From: Aulosira sp. ZfuVER01
GTDB taxonomy: Bacteria > Cyanobacteriota > Cyanobacteriia > Cyanobacteriales > Nostocaceae
Length of the DNA stretch: 64,000 nt
Assembly: GCA_034530615.2 (NCBI GenBank)
Contig: JAVRCV020000008.1
Span: forward strand, 32,001-96,000
Direction of reading: 5' to 3'
Shown here one piece after another: positions 51,284 through 61,087 of this stretch. How positions within the stretch are numbered: position 1 is the stretch's first letter; each line of letters begins with the position of its first letter. Position numbers and translations under genes: made by a program. The notes beneath the pieces are model-generated. The model was not told the DNA's origin, did no database searches, and saw only the letters and a list, made by a program, of their open reading frames with translations.

Positions 51284-51790
51284 CTAGTAAACACTTACAT
51301 TAAGAGTGTAGTTTAATACTCCATTGCCACTAGTTGCCTGAGTCACATCAATACCAGGCCCAGTCAATTCTACATTTACTGAAGATGATGTAGGATAATA
51401 ACGCGCAACAATTTTCACTGTGTATTCTCCCACAGAGAGATAAGGTGACAGATTAATATAAGCGCTCTTACCACGGATTTGTTTAATCACTTTGCCATTA
51501 AAGATGATCTTACCTTGTAATTGAGAGCCTGAAGTATTAATGCTGAGGATATGTGGATGACTAAGATTGTCTGCACTGAGACTAATGGCATTTTCTTGAT
51601 AATCAGATGAACTGCGAGAATTTCGGATACTAATGGCTGTGATGCTATTATCAACAGCTTGAAATTCTGGCAATTTTTGTACATTAGGAGCATTGAGTGA
51701 TGAGTATGCTGAACTCAAAATGCTCAAGTTTAATATTCCAAAAAATACCAGTGTAATTCCGAATAATGATGCTATTTGGTTGTATTTCAT
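51284..51790 (-). CDS. Hypothetical exported beta-rich protein
   Basis: N-terminal hydrophobic segment; Ser-rich; INLSPYLSVG. Confidence 0.75.
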   Translation of the reverse strand: MKYNQIASLFGITLVFFGILNLSILSSAYSSLNAPNVQKLPEFQAVDNSITAISIRNSRSSSDYQENAISLSADNLSHPHILSINTSGSQLQGKIIFNGKVIKQIRGKSAYINLSPYLSVGEYTVKIVARYYPTSSSVNVELTGPGIDVTQATSGNGVLNYTLNVSVY

Positions 51791-52101
51791 AACTCTCTAA
51801 TCCTCCTGCATGGAGTGAAAGATGGATTAAAAACTAATAATATTCGGCTAACTAATTGAAGAATTAAATAAAGAATATTTATTGCTATATATTTTTAACT
51901 AATACCAAGAAACTAACTTGGATTGTTTTTGCTAGAACACCAATTCAATAATACGAATTTTCTCAATTGCAACTACCAGGTGATTGAAACATTACTATTT
52001 GTTCCTCATCATATCGATTAACAAATTGATGTTCTAGAGACTACTTTAAATCAAGTTTTCAACTGTTGTGTAGGACTTAGTTGCAGCAATCTGAAGTATG
52101 A

Positions 52102-52514
52102 TTAATGTAATTCGATACGTGCAAGGGACATAGATTTGTCTCCGCCTTCGCTGGAAGCATCATAACAACGATACTCAGATTATCTCAGCCTTACTAGCCT
52201 GCCTTGATCGTGAGCTTTTCGGCTAGCCTCAAGAAATCAGGATACTTATTCTTATTCCATGCAAATGTTCTTTTTACACAGTATTCAGTTCCTACTTGTC
52301 TAACGGGATCGTATCGTGTAAAGGGATGATCTCGATCAATAGTTAAAGTGCAGGTATCAGCATAACAACCAACACTGATAACCTTTACATTGTCAACATC
52401 TTGCGTGGCATAGGCTTTTGTTCCTACTCCTAAAAATCCTATAGCTATTGCCAGACCAAAGATAGTTTTAACAAAATTCCTTGTTACATTATTTCCTCCT
52501 AATTTGTTTAGCAT
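52102..52514 (-). pseudogene. Small secreted Cys-containing protein, probably frameshifted with an additional nonsense codon
   Basis: AAGGAGG SD and signal peptide. ORF stops at 52194, but adding one base in the A-run (52216-52219) continues EKAHDQGRLVRLR*SEYRCYD...RIELH*. Confidence 0.55.
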
Positions 52515-52650
52515 TTTCTTTTACCTCCTTCGCTCTTTTACTAGTTAAACTAGTGAAAGTCTGATCCAGAATCTAAGAAAAATCGTTACACACTAGATCG
52601 TTACTGGATAAGAATTTTGGCTCTGATTTTGTCTAATTAATTTTGCTCCA

Positions 52651-53145
52651 CTACTGAGTTTGAGCCTGAGCAGCCGCTATAGCTTCATTGGCTTTAGTAA
52701 TAGCTGTAGTTATTGCTTGTACAGAACCAGCATCTGCTGTGGCATGAGCTGAAGCCTCACTCATGAAAGATACTGCTTGAGATACCGCTGTAGCTACTTG
52801 CGCGTTATCTCCCTTATATACTGAACTTTGCGCTCTAGCCATAGAGTCTTGGGCTTGTTTAAGCCTCGGTAAAACAATATATTCGTACTCTGGTCGGACT
52901 TTTATCGGTACAGTTTTTGCGACTGTTTCAACTACACTAACTGTCCGATTCAATACCCTCACCGCAATAGCAACAGCAAAAGCTACCGATTGATTATGTT
53001 GCGCAATAACGAAATCAGAATTACCTAGGACATCCCCATTAATTAACATTTTGTTATTAGATGAAAATGAGAATGCTTGACCAGAGGAAATTACCAGCAA
53101 GCCCATCACTAAAGCAGTTACTTTACTCAAGCGATTATTTTTCAT
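52651..53145 (-). CDS. Secreted Ala-rich helical protein (paralogue 3, divergent)
   Basis: MKNNRLSKVTALVMG...AFS signal, GNSDFVIAQ motif. Confidence 0.8.
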   Translation of the reverse strand: MKNNRLSKVTALVMGLLVISSGQAFSFSSNNKMLINGDVLGNSDFVIAQHNQSVAFAVAIAVRVLNRTVSVVETVAKTVPIKVRPEYEYIVLPRLKQAQDSMARAQSSVYKGDNAQVATAVSQAVSFMSEASAHATADAGSVQAITTAITKANEAIAAAQAQTQ

Positions 53146-53482
53146 CTTGCTCATCTCCTGATTCAAAAACTGAGAGGGTGCGCCCATTCTCTTTGAACTC
53201 AGGGGTTCCGCGCGCCCTCTCCAACCCTCACATGAAGATAAGGTTTTCTTGGTTGAATTTTGCTAATTAAAGTTGCTCTTCAATCCAACTATCTCTTCAT
53301 CTTCAACTAAGTCACTCAATACGGTTCGTTTTAAGGGAAAAGGTTTTAATTTACCTCTTATACCAATTCTTCAAAATTTAGCGACAGATTCAAAGCTAGA
53401 TTTTGTCGGACTTTTTTAATTACGAATTGGTATTACACTTTTCCCAGACAAAAAAGCCTAACCTTAAGGTAACTGATGAACC

Positions 53483-54037
53483 TTATTGAGATTCAGCATG
53501 ACTTATAGCAATAGCAGTCGCGTTGCCCACAGATGTTTTAGCACTGGCTAGTGATTGAGCAATAGCTTCTCGGCCAGGCCCACTAACAGCACCCGATGTC
53601 GCAATAGCCAATGCATCACCAAGGCATGTTTCTGCTTCAGCTAGCGAGCTTGCAACTGCTCTTTGGTCACTTATAGCAGTTGAATTAGAAAGAGCACTAG
53701 CATTGCCGATCAAAGTTGAGGCTTTAGCGATTGACTCAGCCAAAGCGCTTTTCCCTGTTCCAGCAAGAGCTTCTGATTGAGCAGCAGCCGAAGCGTTTCC
53801 CAATGCAGTTTCTGCAACAGCTAACGATTGTGAGAACACTGGCACGTCTCTTAGACGACCTGGACGAGGAACTGGACGACGACCTGGACGTTGAGCAATT
53901 AGAATCGCGGAGTCACCCAATCTACTTGCATGGGTTATTTCTCCAATTTTATATGTATTTGCAAATGCTGTACTTGAGAAAGCTAAGAGCGAACCTATCG
54001 CTACAGCAGTAACTTTATGGAATAGTGTATTTTTCAT
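53483..54037 (-). CDS. Secreted Ala-rich helical protein (paralogue 2)
   Basis: MKNTLFHKVTA...TAFA signal, GDSAILIAQ, AIAQSLASAKTSVGN. Confidence 0.85.
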   Translation of the reverse strand: MKNTLFHKVTAVAIGSLLAFSSTAFANTYKIGEITHASRLGDSAILIAQRPGRRPVPRPGRLRDVPVFSQSLAVAETALGNASAAAQSEALAGTGKSALAESIAKASTLIGNASALSNSTAISDQRAVASSLAEAETCLGDALAIATSGAVSGPGREAIAQSLASAKTSVGNATAIAISHAESQ

Positions 54038-54152
54038 ACTTACCTCTAGAGAGTTGAACTCTCATCTGCTTAAAACTCGATTGAGTTTTAGATTTTATCC
54101 ATTATTTTTTTGGGTAAAAAACCTAGTTGTCGCTGACTTTAAATTATCAGCT

Positions 54153-54689
54153 TTATTGAACACTGCTCTTAGCAATTGCAGCTAGGTTCCCCACAGATGT
54201 TTTGGCACTAGCTAATGATTGAGCAATAGCTGATTTACCAGGCCCGCGAATAGCTTCTGATTGCGCCATAGCAAAAGCATCATCAAGAACTGTTTCTGCT
54301 TCAGTTAGCAATTTAGCAACTGCCTTTTTGTCAGCAATATTACTTGAACAAGAAAGAGCATAGGCCTGCTCTATCAATTCTCTTGCTTTAGTAATCAACT
54401 TAGCCAAAGTGCCTTTCTTAGTCCCAAGAATAGCATCTGATTGATTAGCTGCTATAGCATTCCCCAAACTAGTTTCTGCAATGGCTAGCCCTTGTAATAA
54501 GCCTCGCAGGTTTCTTAGAGAACCTTGACAATAAACTCGACTTTGGGCAATCAGGATCTCGGAGTTACCCCCTCTAGTTACATGGGATATCTTGCCAATT
54601 TTATCTGTACTGGCAAATGCTGTTCCGCAGAATGCAAAGAGCGAACCCATAACTAAGGCAGCAGCTTTCCTAAAAAGTATGTTTTTCAT
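54153..54689 (-). CDS. Secreted Ala-rich helical protein (paralogue 1)
   Basis: MKNILFRKAAA...TAFA signal, GNSEILIAQ, AIAQSLASAKTSVGN. Confidence 0.85.
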   Translation of the reverse strand: MKNILFRKAAALVMGSLFAFCGTAFASTDKIGKISHVTRGGNSEILIAQSRVYCQGSLRNLRGLLQGLAIAETSLGNAIAANQSDAILGTKKGTLAKLITKARELIEQAYALSCSSNIADKKAVAKLLTEAETVLDDAFAMAQSEAIRGPGKSAIAQSLASAKTSVGNLAAIAKSSVQ

Positions 54690-55256
54690 AAATTTTAGTA
54701 ATTAAGCGTTTAACTCTTGCTTTTTTAACTAGATTAATTACTCCAGTAACAGAACCTTTTTATCCCTAAATATTTAACAACCTTTTAGGGAAATCAGGTA
54801 ATTTACACTTTTCAATTTATAATGAGCTTCATTTATATTTTACCAAGAGTAAATAGATACTATTGCTAATAACTAAAAACTTAACATTTGCATAAAAGCG
54901 TTGAGACAGGTTGGATAATGTTTTTGCAATTTATTTCCGTAATTACTCTAATAAAACTCCACAAAAATAAATATTTCCTCTAGAGTTTTTTATAAATAGT
55001 TCTTTCGTATACCCAACATACTGCCCGCAGGCTAAAATGCATTTGCTACAACGCAGCGAAACCCCAAAAGCGCACTGCTTCACCCGTTCCCTCCCTATCA
55101 CGCTTGCGCTGCGCGAAGCCGCACCAAGCAAGTAATTTCTCGAATCAAATCTGGTTGCTATGGAAGTGACAGAAGAGGGTTAAGTATGTGCCATTCTTTG
55201 GAATGTCAGTTAAATTTGGAATATTCTCATGGCGTACAAACGCAGTGGTAAGCAAA

Positions 55257-55955
55257 ATGAATCATTCAATAGTGTTTTTTGTTGTAATATTCTATATTGT
55301 TATATTCGCAATAAATATTGGTTATTTAGTTTGGAGAAATCAACAGGAAAAGAATAGAACTAATAGAATTAAAGCTATTGCTACTCAGAAAAAAGTAATT
55401 TTTTTAGAGGAAGAAGCTCATAATATTAAATTAAAGCTACATGAGTTTAAATTATTAAATACAGGGCGGAGTAGTCTAGTTAAAAATATATTATTCTTGA
55501 ATTTGGTTAATGCAAAATTATATATTTTTGATTATAAATATTCGGCGTTTGTTGGGAAAGGTAAAGATGATTATTGGCAAACAGTTGCTTTATTTTCAAA
55601 TTCTCATATACGAATTCCTAATTTTTCACTCAAACCAAGGGGTGTCATAGCTCAACTTGGTAATTTTTTAGGATCTCAGGATATAAAGTTTAAAGCTTAT
55701 ACCAGATTTTCCGAAAACTATTTATTACGAGGAAGTAATGAGAATGCCATCCGCTTAGTATTTAGCGATCATATACTTACCTTCTGCGAATCTAAAATAG
55801 GGTTCTACCCACCCATAAAAACAACACCATCTATAGAGGTGGAAGATACAGGCTTTATATATTACCGTGCAAACATTCGTCTTGAACCTGAACAGATTGA
55901 ATCATTTATCCAAGAGGGAATTGAGGTTTTTGATTTGTTTCAAGCTAGACAATAA
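55257..55955 (+). CDS. Hypothetical membrane-anchored protein
   Basis: N-terminal TM helix; IFDYKY, QTV, PNFSLKP, QDIKF...FSENYLLRG; AT-rich. Confidence 0.75.
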   Translation: MNHSIVFFVVIFYIVIFAINIGYLVWRNQQEKNRTNRIKAIATQKKVIFLEEEAHNIKLKLHEFKLLNTGRSSLVKNILFLNLVNAKLYIFDYKYSAFVGKGKDDYWQTVALFSNSHIRIPNFSLKPRGVIAQLGNFLGSQDIKFKAYTRFSENYLLRGSNENAIRLVFSDHILTFCESKIGFYPPIKTTPSIEVEDTGFIYYRANIRLEPEQIESFIQEGIEVFDLFQARQ

Positions 55956-56056
55956 TTAACATCTACTAGTCAGTTCAAAAATCTAGGTATTTTTAGGGTG
56001 TGTTATGCCGTAGGCTAACGCACCATTAAGCGTATCTCAAAAATCAAAGAGGATAG

Positions 56057-56740
56057 CTATATAGGAACAGTTAGAGGAATACCATTATCTGTAGGTTTCA
56101 AATTGAGTATAAAAGGAACAGCTTTCAATACCCAATCAGAAACAGGTGTGTAATTAGCAGCTTCTTCTCCGAAACTAATTTTTAACATATCAGTATGAAT
56201 AATCCCCGGATTGAGAGGAATAGCCGCCATACCATTAGGTAATTCTTGAGCTAAAGAACCTGTTAGCCCTTCGATTGCCCATTTAGAAGCACAGTATGGC
56301 GCAACTTGAGGGGAAGTAGAGCGTCCCCAGCCAGAACTGAAGTTAACAATAATGCCCCGGTTTTTTTCTACCATTGCTGGTACGAAATGGCGAATTATAT
56401 TAAATACACCTTTAATATTGATATCAATCAGCTGAGAAAACTCTTTGGAAGAAACTTCCCACAAAGGCGCTGGATAATTAATAATGGCAGCATTGTTAAT
56501 CAGTATATCTGGTGGTTCATATTTATAAAGTAAATGTTTTGCCCAATTTTCTACTTGCTGCTCATTGGTTACATCTACAACGGCGAAATTGTTGAGTGCA
56601 GTAAACTTTTGATTTAATTCCTTGATAGCGTCTTGTGAACGAGCGCAACCGAGAACAGTATGTCCCTCACGAATAAAACCCTCGGTCATCGCGCAACCTA
56701 GACCTCGACTGATACCTGTGATTAAAATGAGCTTTGCCAT
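56057..56740 (-). CDS. SDR oxidoreductase, pterin aldehyde reductase-like
   Basis: TGISRGLG, NFSSGWGRS, APYCASKWAIEGL, LNPGIIHT. Confidence 0.9.
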   Translation of the reverse strand: MAKLILITGISRGLGCAMTEGFIREGHTVLGCARSQDAIKELNQKFTALNNFAVVDVTNEQQVENWAKHLLYKYEPPDILINNAAIINYPAPLWEVSSKEFSQLIDINIKGVFNIIRHFVPAMVEKNRGIIVNFSSGWGRSTSPQVAPYCASKWAIEGLTGSLAQELPNGMAAIPLNPGIIHTDMLKISFGEEAANYTPVSDWVLKAVPFILNLKPTDNGIPLTVPI

Positions 56741-57204
56741 GTTTTTTTGCTCTTATCAAATCGCGAAAATAATATGAGTCTAATAGCAAAATTTCTATAA
56801 TTTATTCATATTACAGCATACTGAAAGAGATACACATCTGGAACCCAAATATTCACTCAATAACCCAACGTTTTGGTAAGAGAACTAAACTTCCTAATAC
56901 TAAGGCTTTAACCACAATTGACAATGCTAAAGCCATCACAAGGGTAAATTCTCTTAATTCGGAAAATTTGGCGAAGTTGAAAGCGCTCAAGGCTACAAGT
57001 CCAAGTGAGGGAAAAATCTAAGCAGTGACGAAACAATAACTTAAGGTGCGATCGCGCATTCAAAAAAATTTTTATTCGTAAAGACATAACATCTTTACTT
57101 TTGGCAGAAGCTTAACCTTTCCTACAATAACTCAAAACAAGTTTGAGCTATTGCCACTTTGATTAAACTATAGGAAATACGTTCTTGTCTACTCAATTAT
57201 CTGA

Positions 57205-57762
57205 CTACTGGCTCGCATTGAGAAAATTTAAACCTAAGAAAAGTGCTGCTACACTACCTGCTACAGCAATTTCTCCTTGAGTAATTTTTGCTAAAACTGA
57301 TTCTACAGGAATTAATATAACTTCAATTTCTTCTGTAATATCTAACTGTTGTTCTTTAACTTTTATGACATTTTCTGCTAAAAATAAATGGATTTGATTG
57401 GTATCTTTACTGGGTTTATCGTATAGTGTGGCGATTTTTGTCACTTGTTGAGTAATATAGCCAGTTTCTTCTACCAATTCTCTCACGGCTGCTACTTCTG
57501 CACTTTCTTTTTCTGGATCAAAACTCCCAGCAGGTAGTTCTATAAAAAATTCACCTACAGCGTGTCTATATTGCCGAACAAATACAATTTCTTGATTGCT
57601 AGTTATTGGTAAAATTAACGCTACTTCTGGTTTGAGATTAACAAAATAATCATCGATAAATTTACCATTAGGTAATTCTATTTCATCTTGCCTCACCTTG
57701 CACCAAGGATGATCCAATACCATTTTTGATTTCAATGTCTTCCATTTTTGGAGGTTTTTCAT
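57205..57762 (-). CDS. NUDIX hydrolase (ADP-ribose pyrophosphatase-like)
   Basis: RQYRH, ELPAG...AVRELVEETGY. Confidence 0.92.
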   Translation of the reverse strand: MKNLQKWKTLKSKMVLDHPWCKVRQDEIELPNGKFIDDYFVNLKPEVALILPITSNQEIVFVRQYRHAVGEFFIELPAGSFDPEKESAEVAAVRELVEETGYITQQVTKIATLYDKPSKDTNQIHLFLAENVIKVKEQQLDITEEIEVILIPVESVLAKITQGEIAVAGSVAALFLGLNFLNASQ

Positions 57763-58000
57763 AAATACTCTATCTGATTTGTATAGTTACTGGTTGAGGC
57801 AGACAATAGCTAATAAGCAATGGGCAATAGATTTTTTTGAGCTTTATTTAGACTTACTATCTAATCTGGTAGAAATATCTTTAGATGAAGGGCAATTTTA
57901 GCATATGTAACAAAGTATAACAGATGTATAAAAATAACTAAAATTTAGAATAACACTGTGATATTTGTGTTATTTGCCCTAGCTTTAGATAAAAATATTT

Positions 58001-59053
58001 ATGCAAATTCAGGTCAAAATATTTACTGTCAATAAACGCTTTCCCTTGACAATTAGTCGGGGTACAACTGCACAGACAACAAATATATGGGTGAGTATTT
58101 CCCATGACGGGATTGACGGTTGGGGAGAGGCGTCACCGTTCGGTGTCGGCAATCATTCCCAATCCACCGATAAAATTAAAGATGCTTTGCAGCAAGTTAC
58201 ACCGATTTTAGAAACATTCAGCCCGTTGCAGCGGCAGCAAGTTGAGCAAGAGTTGATCGAAGCGCAGGTTCTTTCTTCAGTGAGGGCGGCGCTAGATATG
58301 GCCATGCATGACTGGCTAGGCAAGCGTGTAGGATTACCACTGTGGCAACTCTGGGGACTCGATCGCAATGTCATAGTGCCGACTTCCGTAACTATTGGTA
58401 TAAATTCTCCAGAGGGGGCGCGAGCTAGGGCGAAAGACTGGTTACAATTTACAGATGTCCGTCTTTTTAAGGTGAAGCTAGGTAGTCCGGATGGCATAGC
58501 TGCCGATCGGAAAATGTTATTAGCGGTAAAAGAAGAAGCACCAAATTTGGAATTCTTCGTTGATGCCAACGGTGGTTGGAGTTTGAGCGATGCTATTGAA
58601 ATGTGTAGTTGGCTAGCTGATTTAGGTATAAAGTATGTAGAACAGCCACTGCCAAGGGGACAGGAAAAAAATTTAGCAGAATTAAAGCAGCATACGCCTC
58701 TGCCTATTTTTGTTGATGAAAGTTGCTTTAGCAGCACTGATATTCCCCAATTAGCAAACTATGTGGATGGCATTAATATCAAACTCATGAAATCAGGAGG
58801 CTTAACAGAGGCAATACGAATGGTACATACAGCACGAGCCTATGGTTTGCAAGTTATGTTTGGTTGCTATTCTGATAGTTCGCTAGCCAATACAGCAGCC
58901 GCACATCTGGCACCTCTAGCCGATTATTTAGATTTAGACAGTCATCTCAACTTAATCGACGATCCTTTTACAGGTGCATCGATTCAAGAAGGAAGAGTTT
59001 TGCCCAACGATTTACCAGGTTTGGGGGTACAACAAAGTGCGTCTGCCACTTAA
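58001..59053 (+). CDS. Enolase-superfamily dipeptide epimerase (L-Ala-D/L-Glu epimerase / DgcA-like)
   Basis: FKVKLG, VDANGGW, VEQP, VDES, NIKLMKSGG, DLD. Confidence 0.92.
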   Translation: MQIQVKIFTVNKRFPLTISRGTTAQTTNIWVSISHDGIDGWGEASPFGVGNHSQSTDKIKDALQQVTPILETFSPLQRQQVEQELIEAQVLSSVRAALDMAMHDWLGKRVGLPLWQLWGLDRNVIVPTSVTIGINSPEGARARAKDWLQFTDVRLFKVKLGSPDGIAADRKMLLAVKEEAPNLEFFVDANGGWSLSDAIEMCSWLADLGIKYVEQPLPRGQEKNLAELKQHTPLPIFVDESCFSSTDIPQLANYVDGINIKLMKSGGLTEAIRMVHTARAYGLQVMFGCYSDSSLANTAAAHLAPLADYLDLDSHLNLIDDPFTGASIQEGRVLPNDLPGLGVQQSASAT

Positions 59054-60083
59054 TCAACGAATAGCTATTTTGCTGCATGAGGGAACTGCTGGAACTCAAG
59101 GCAAAACAGGGTTGTCACTTTTACGCTACAGTGAAGCCCCAATCGTCGCCGTTATCGATCGCGAATGTGAAGGAAAATCTTTACCAGCAATTACAGGTAT
59201 CAAGCGTGATGTGCCAATTGTCGGCTCAGTAACCGCGTCTTTGGAATACAAGCCGCAAGTTTTGGTAATTGGCATTGCCCCCAAAGGCGGTGTCGTGCCA
59301 GATGATTATTGGCATGAAATCAAAGATGCCCTAGAAGCTGGGATGTCATTGGTGAACGGTTTACACACACCATTGGCAACGATGCCAGAGTTAAATGCAC
59401 TGCTGAAACCAGGGCAATTAATTTGGGATGTACGCAAAGAACCACCTAATTTAGGCGTTGCTAGTGGACTAGCGCGCACCCTCCCTTGTCGGCGGGTGTT
59501 GACTGTGGGAACTGATATGTCGATTGGCAAAATGTCAACTAGCCTAGAAATGCACTGGGCATCACGGCTGAGGGGTTGGCGTTCTAAGTTCTTAGCCACC
59601 GGTCAAACTGGTGTCATGCTAGAAGGCGATGGCATACCTTTAGATGCCGTGCGAGTAGACTTTGCGGCGGGTGCTGTTGAACAAATGCTGATGCGCTATG
59701 GCAAAAACTACGACATCGTCCATGTCGAGGGACAAGGTTCACTATTGCATCCCGGTTCAACAGCAACTCTGCCTTTAATCCGTGGTTCCCAACCAACTCA
59801 ACTTATATTAGTGCATCGAGTCGGACAAACTCATAACCGCAATAATCCCCATGTGCCGATTCCACCTTTACCAGAAGTGATCCGGCTTTATGAAGCAGTT
59901 GCTAGTGCGGCGGGTGCTTTTGCTCCTGTGCGTGTAGTTGCTGTAGCACTGAATACGGCTCATTTAGATGAAGCTGCGGCTAAAGAAGCGATCGCCCAAA
60001 CAACAAAACAAACTGGGCTACCCTGTACTGATGCCGTACGTTTCGATGCTAATGTCCTGTTGGATGCAGTGATGAAAGATTAA
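59037..60083 (+). CDS. DUF1611 protein (DgcN-like)
   Basis: GKTG..LLRY, NGLH, VGTDMSIGKM, ATGQTG, VEGQGSL; GTG start overlapping the epimerase end. Confidence 0.9.
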   Translation: MRLPLNQRIAILLHEGTAGTQGKTGLSLLRYSEAPIVAVIDRECEGKSLPAITGIKRDVPIVGSVTASLEYKPQVLVIGIAPKGGVVPDDYWHEIKDALEAGMSLVNGLHTPLATMPELNALLKPGQLIWDVRKEPPNLGVASGLARTLPCRRVLTVGTDMSIGKMSTSLEMHWASRLRGWRSKFLATGQTGVMLEGDGIPLDAVRVDFAAGAVEQMLMRYGKNYDIVHVEGQGSLLHPGSTATLPLIRGSQPTQLILVHRVGQTHNRNNPHVPIPPLPEVIRLYEAVASAAGAFAPVRVVAVALNTAHLDEAAAKEAIAQTTKQTGLPCTDAVRFDANVLLDAVMKD

Positions 60084-60114
60084 TTCTATATGTTGCTCAT
60101 AATTCAATAAATTT

Positions 60115-60147
60115 ATCAACTCGTTGGCAACAGCGGGTTGATTTTTT
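60115..60147 (+). terminator. Intrinsic terminator candidate
   Basis: atcaactcgttg-gcaa-cagcgggttgat followed by a T run. Confidence 0.65.
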
Positions 60148-60418
60148 GTTGTTGATTATACTTGAAAACAACAATGCAACAAATGGAGCAAAACCCCTTC
60201 CTCATACCATTTCACCAAAAATATGATGCAGACGCAAACCCTGGAACCTTTGCTGAGTCTCAATTTCTTAATTTTGAATTTTGAATTTTGAATTTTGAAT
60301 TGGTATCAGGCAGGTTCTACCAATTTGAAAAATGATAGCGACAGGAACGTACTGGCTCAATTTTTCGCAAAATCCAAAATTGTATTACAGTGCGATCGAG
60401 AAGAATCTTTAAAATACA

Positions 60419-60991
60419 ATGCTTTCCGAACGCTTTACCGCAGCCCTTACCTACGCCACTGAACTGCACGCCAAACAAGTACGCAAAGGTTCTGGCGTTC
60501 CGTATATTGCCCATTTATTAGGCGTCGCCAGTATTGCTTTAGAATACGGCGCAAGTGAAGATGAAGCCATAGCAGCTCTGTTACATGATGCAGTTGAAGA
60601 CCAAGGTGGCGCAGCAACTAGAGAAGAAATTCGTCGCCGTTTTGGAGACAATGTGACAGCAATTGTTGATGGTTGTACCGATGCTGACACTTTACCTAAA
60701 CCGCCTTGGCGACAACGTAAAGCAGCATATATTGCCCATCTTCCCACAGCATCTTCATCAGTGCTGCTGGTATCAGCTGCTGATAAACTCTACAATGCCC
60801 GATCAATTCTTAAAGATTACCGCGTGTTAGGCGAATCACTTTGGGAACGCTTTCAGGGAGGTAAAGACGGCACTCTTTGGTATTATCGAACGCTTGTCGA
60901 TACTTTCAAAAATATCGACTCAACTGCGATCGCAGAAGAATTGGAACGAGTAGTTTTAGAAGTAGAGGCGTTGGCATTTCCGCAAAAATGA
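60419..60991 (+). CDS. Stand-alone HD-domain protein, (p)ppGpp hydrolase-like
   Basis: HAKQVRK..G.PYIAHL, ALLHDAVED, ADKLYN. Confidence 0.9.
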   Translation: MLSERFTAALTYATELHAKQVRKGSGVPYIAHLLGVASIALEYGASEDEAIAALLHDAVEDQGGAATREEIRRRFGDNVTAIVDGCTDADTLPKPPWRQRKAAYIAHLPTASSSVLLVSAADKLYNARSILKDYRVLGESLWERFQGGKDGTLWYYRTLVDTFKNIDSTAIAEELERVVLEVEALAFPQK

Positions 60992-61087
60992 AGGCTGAAG
61001 GATGAAACTGGAAAAATTTCATCCTTGATACTTCATCTTCATACTTATTTACGCAGAACTGTAACAGAGGTAACAGTCGTTTTTCTG

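Noticed and set aside
58153..58737. 194-aa antisense ORF and other short shadow ORFs in the track
   Set aside because: They lie inside well-supported genes on the opposite strand or frame and have no recognisable motifs
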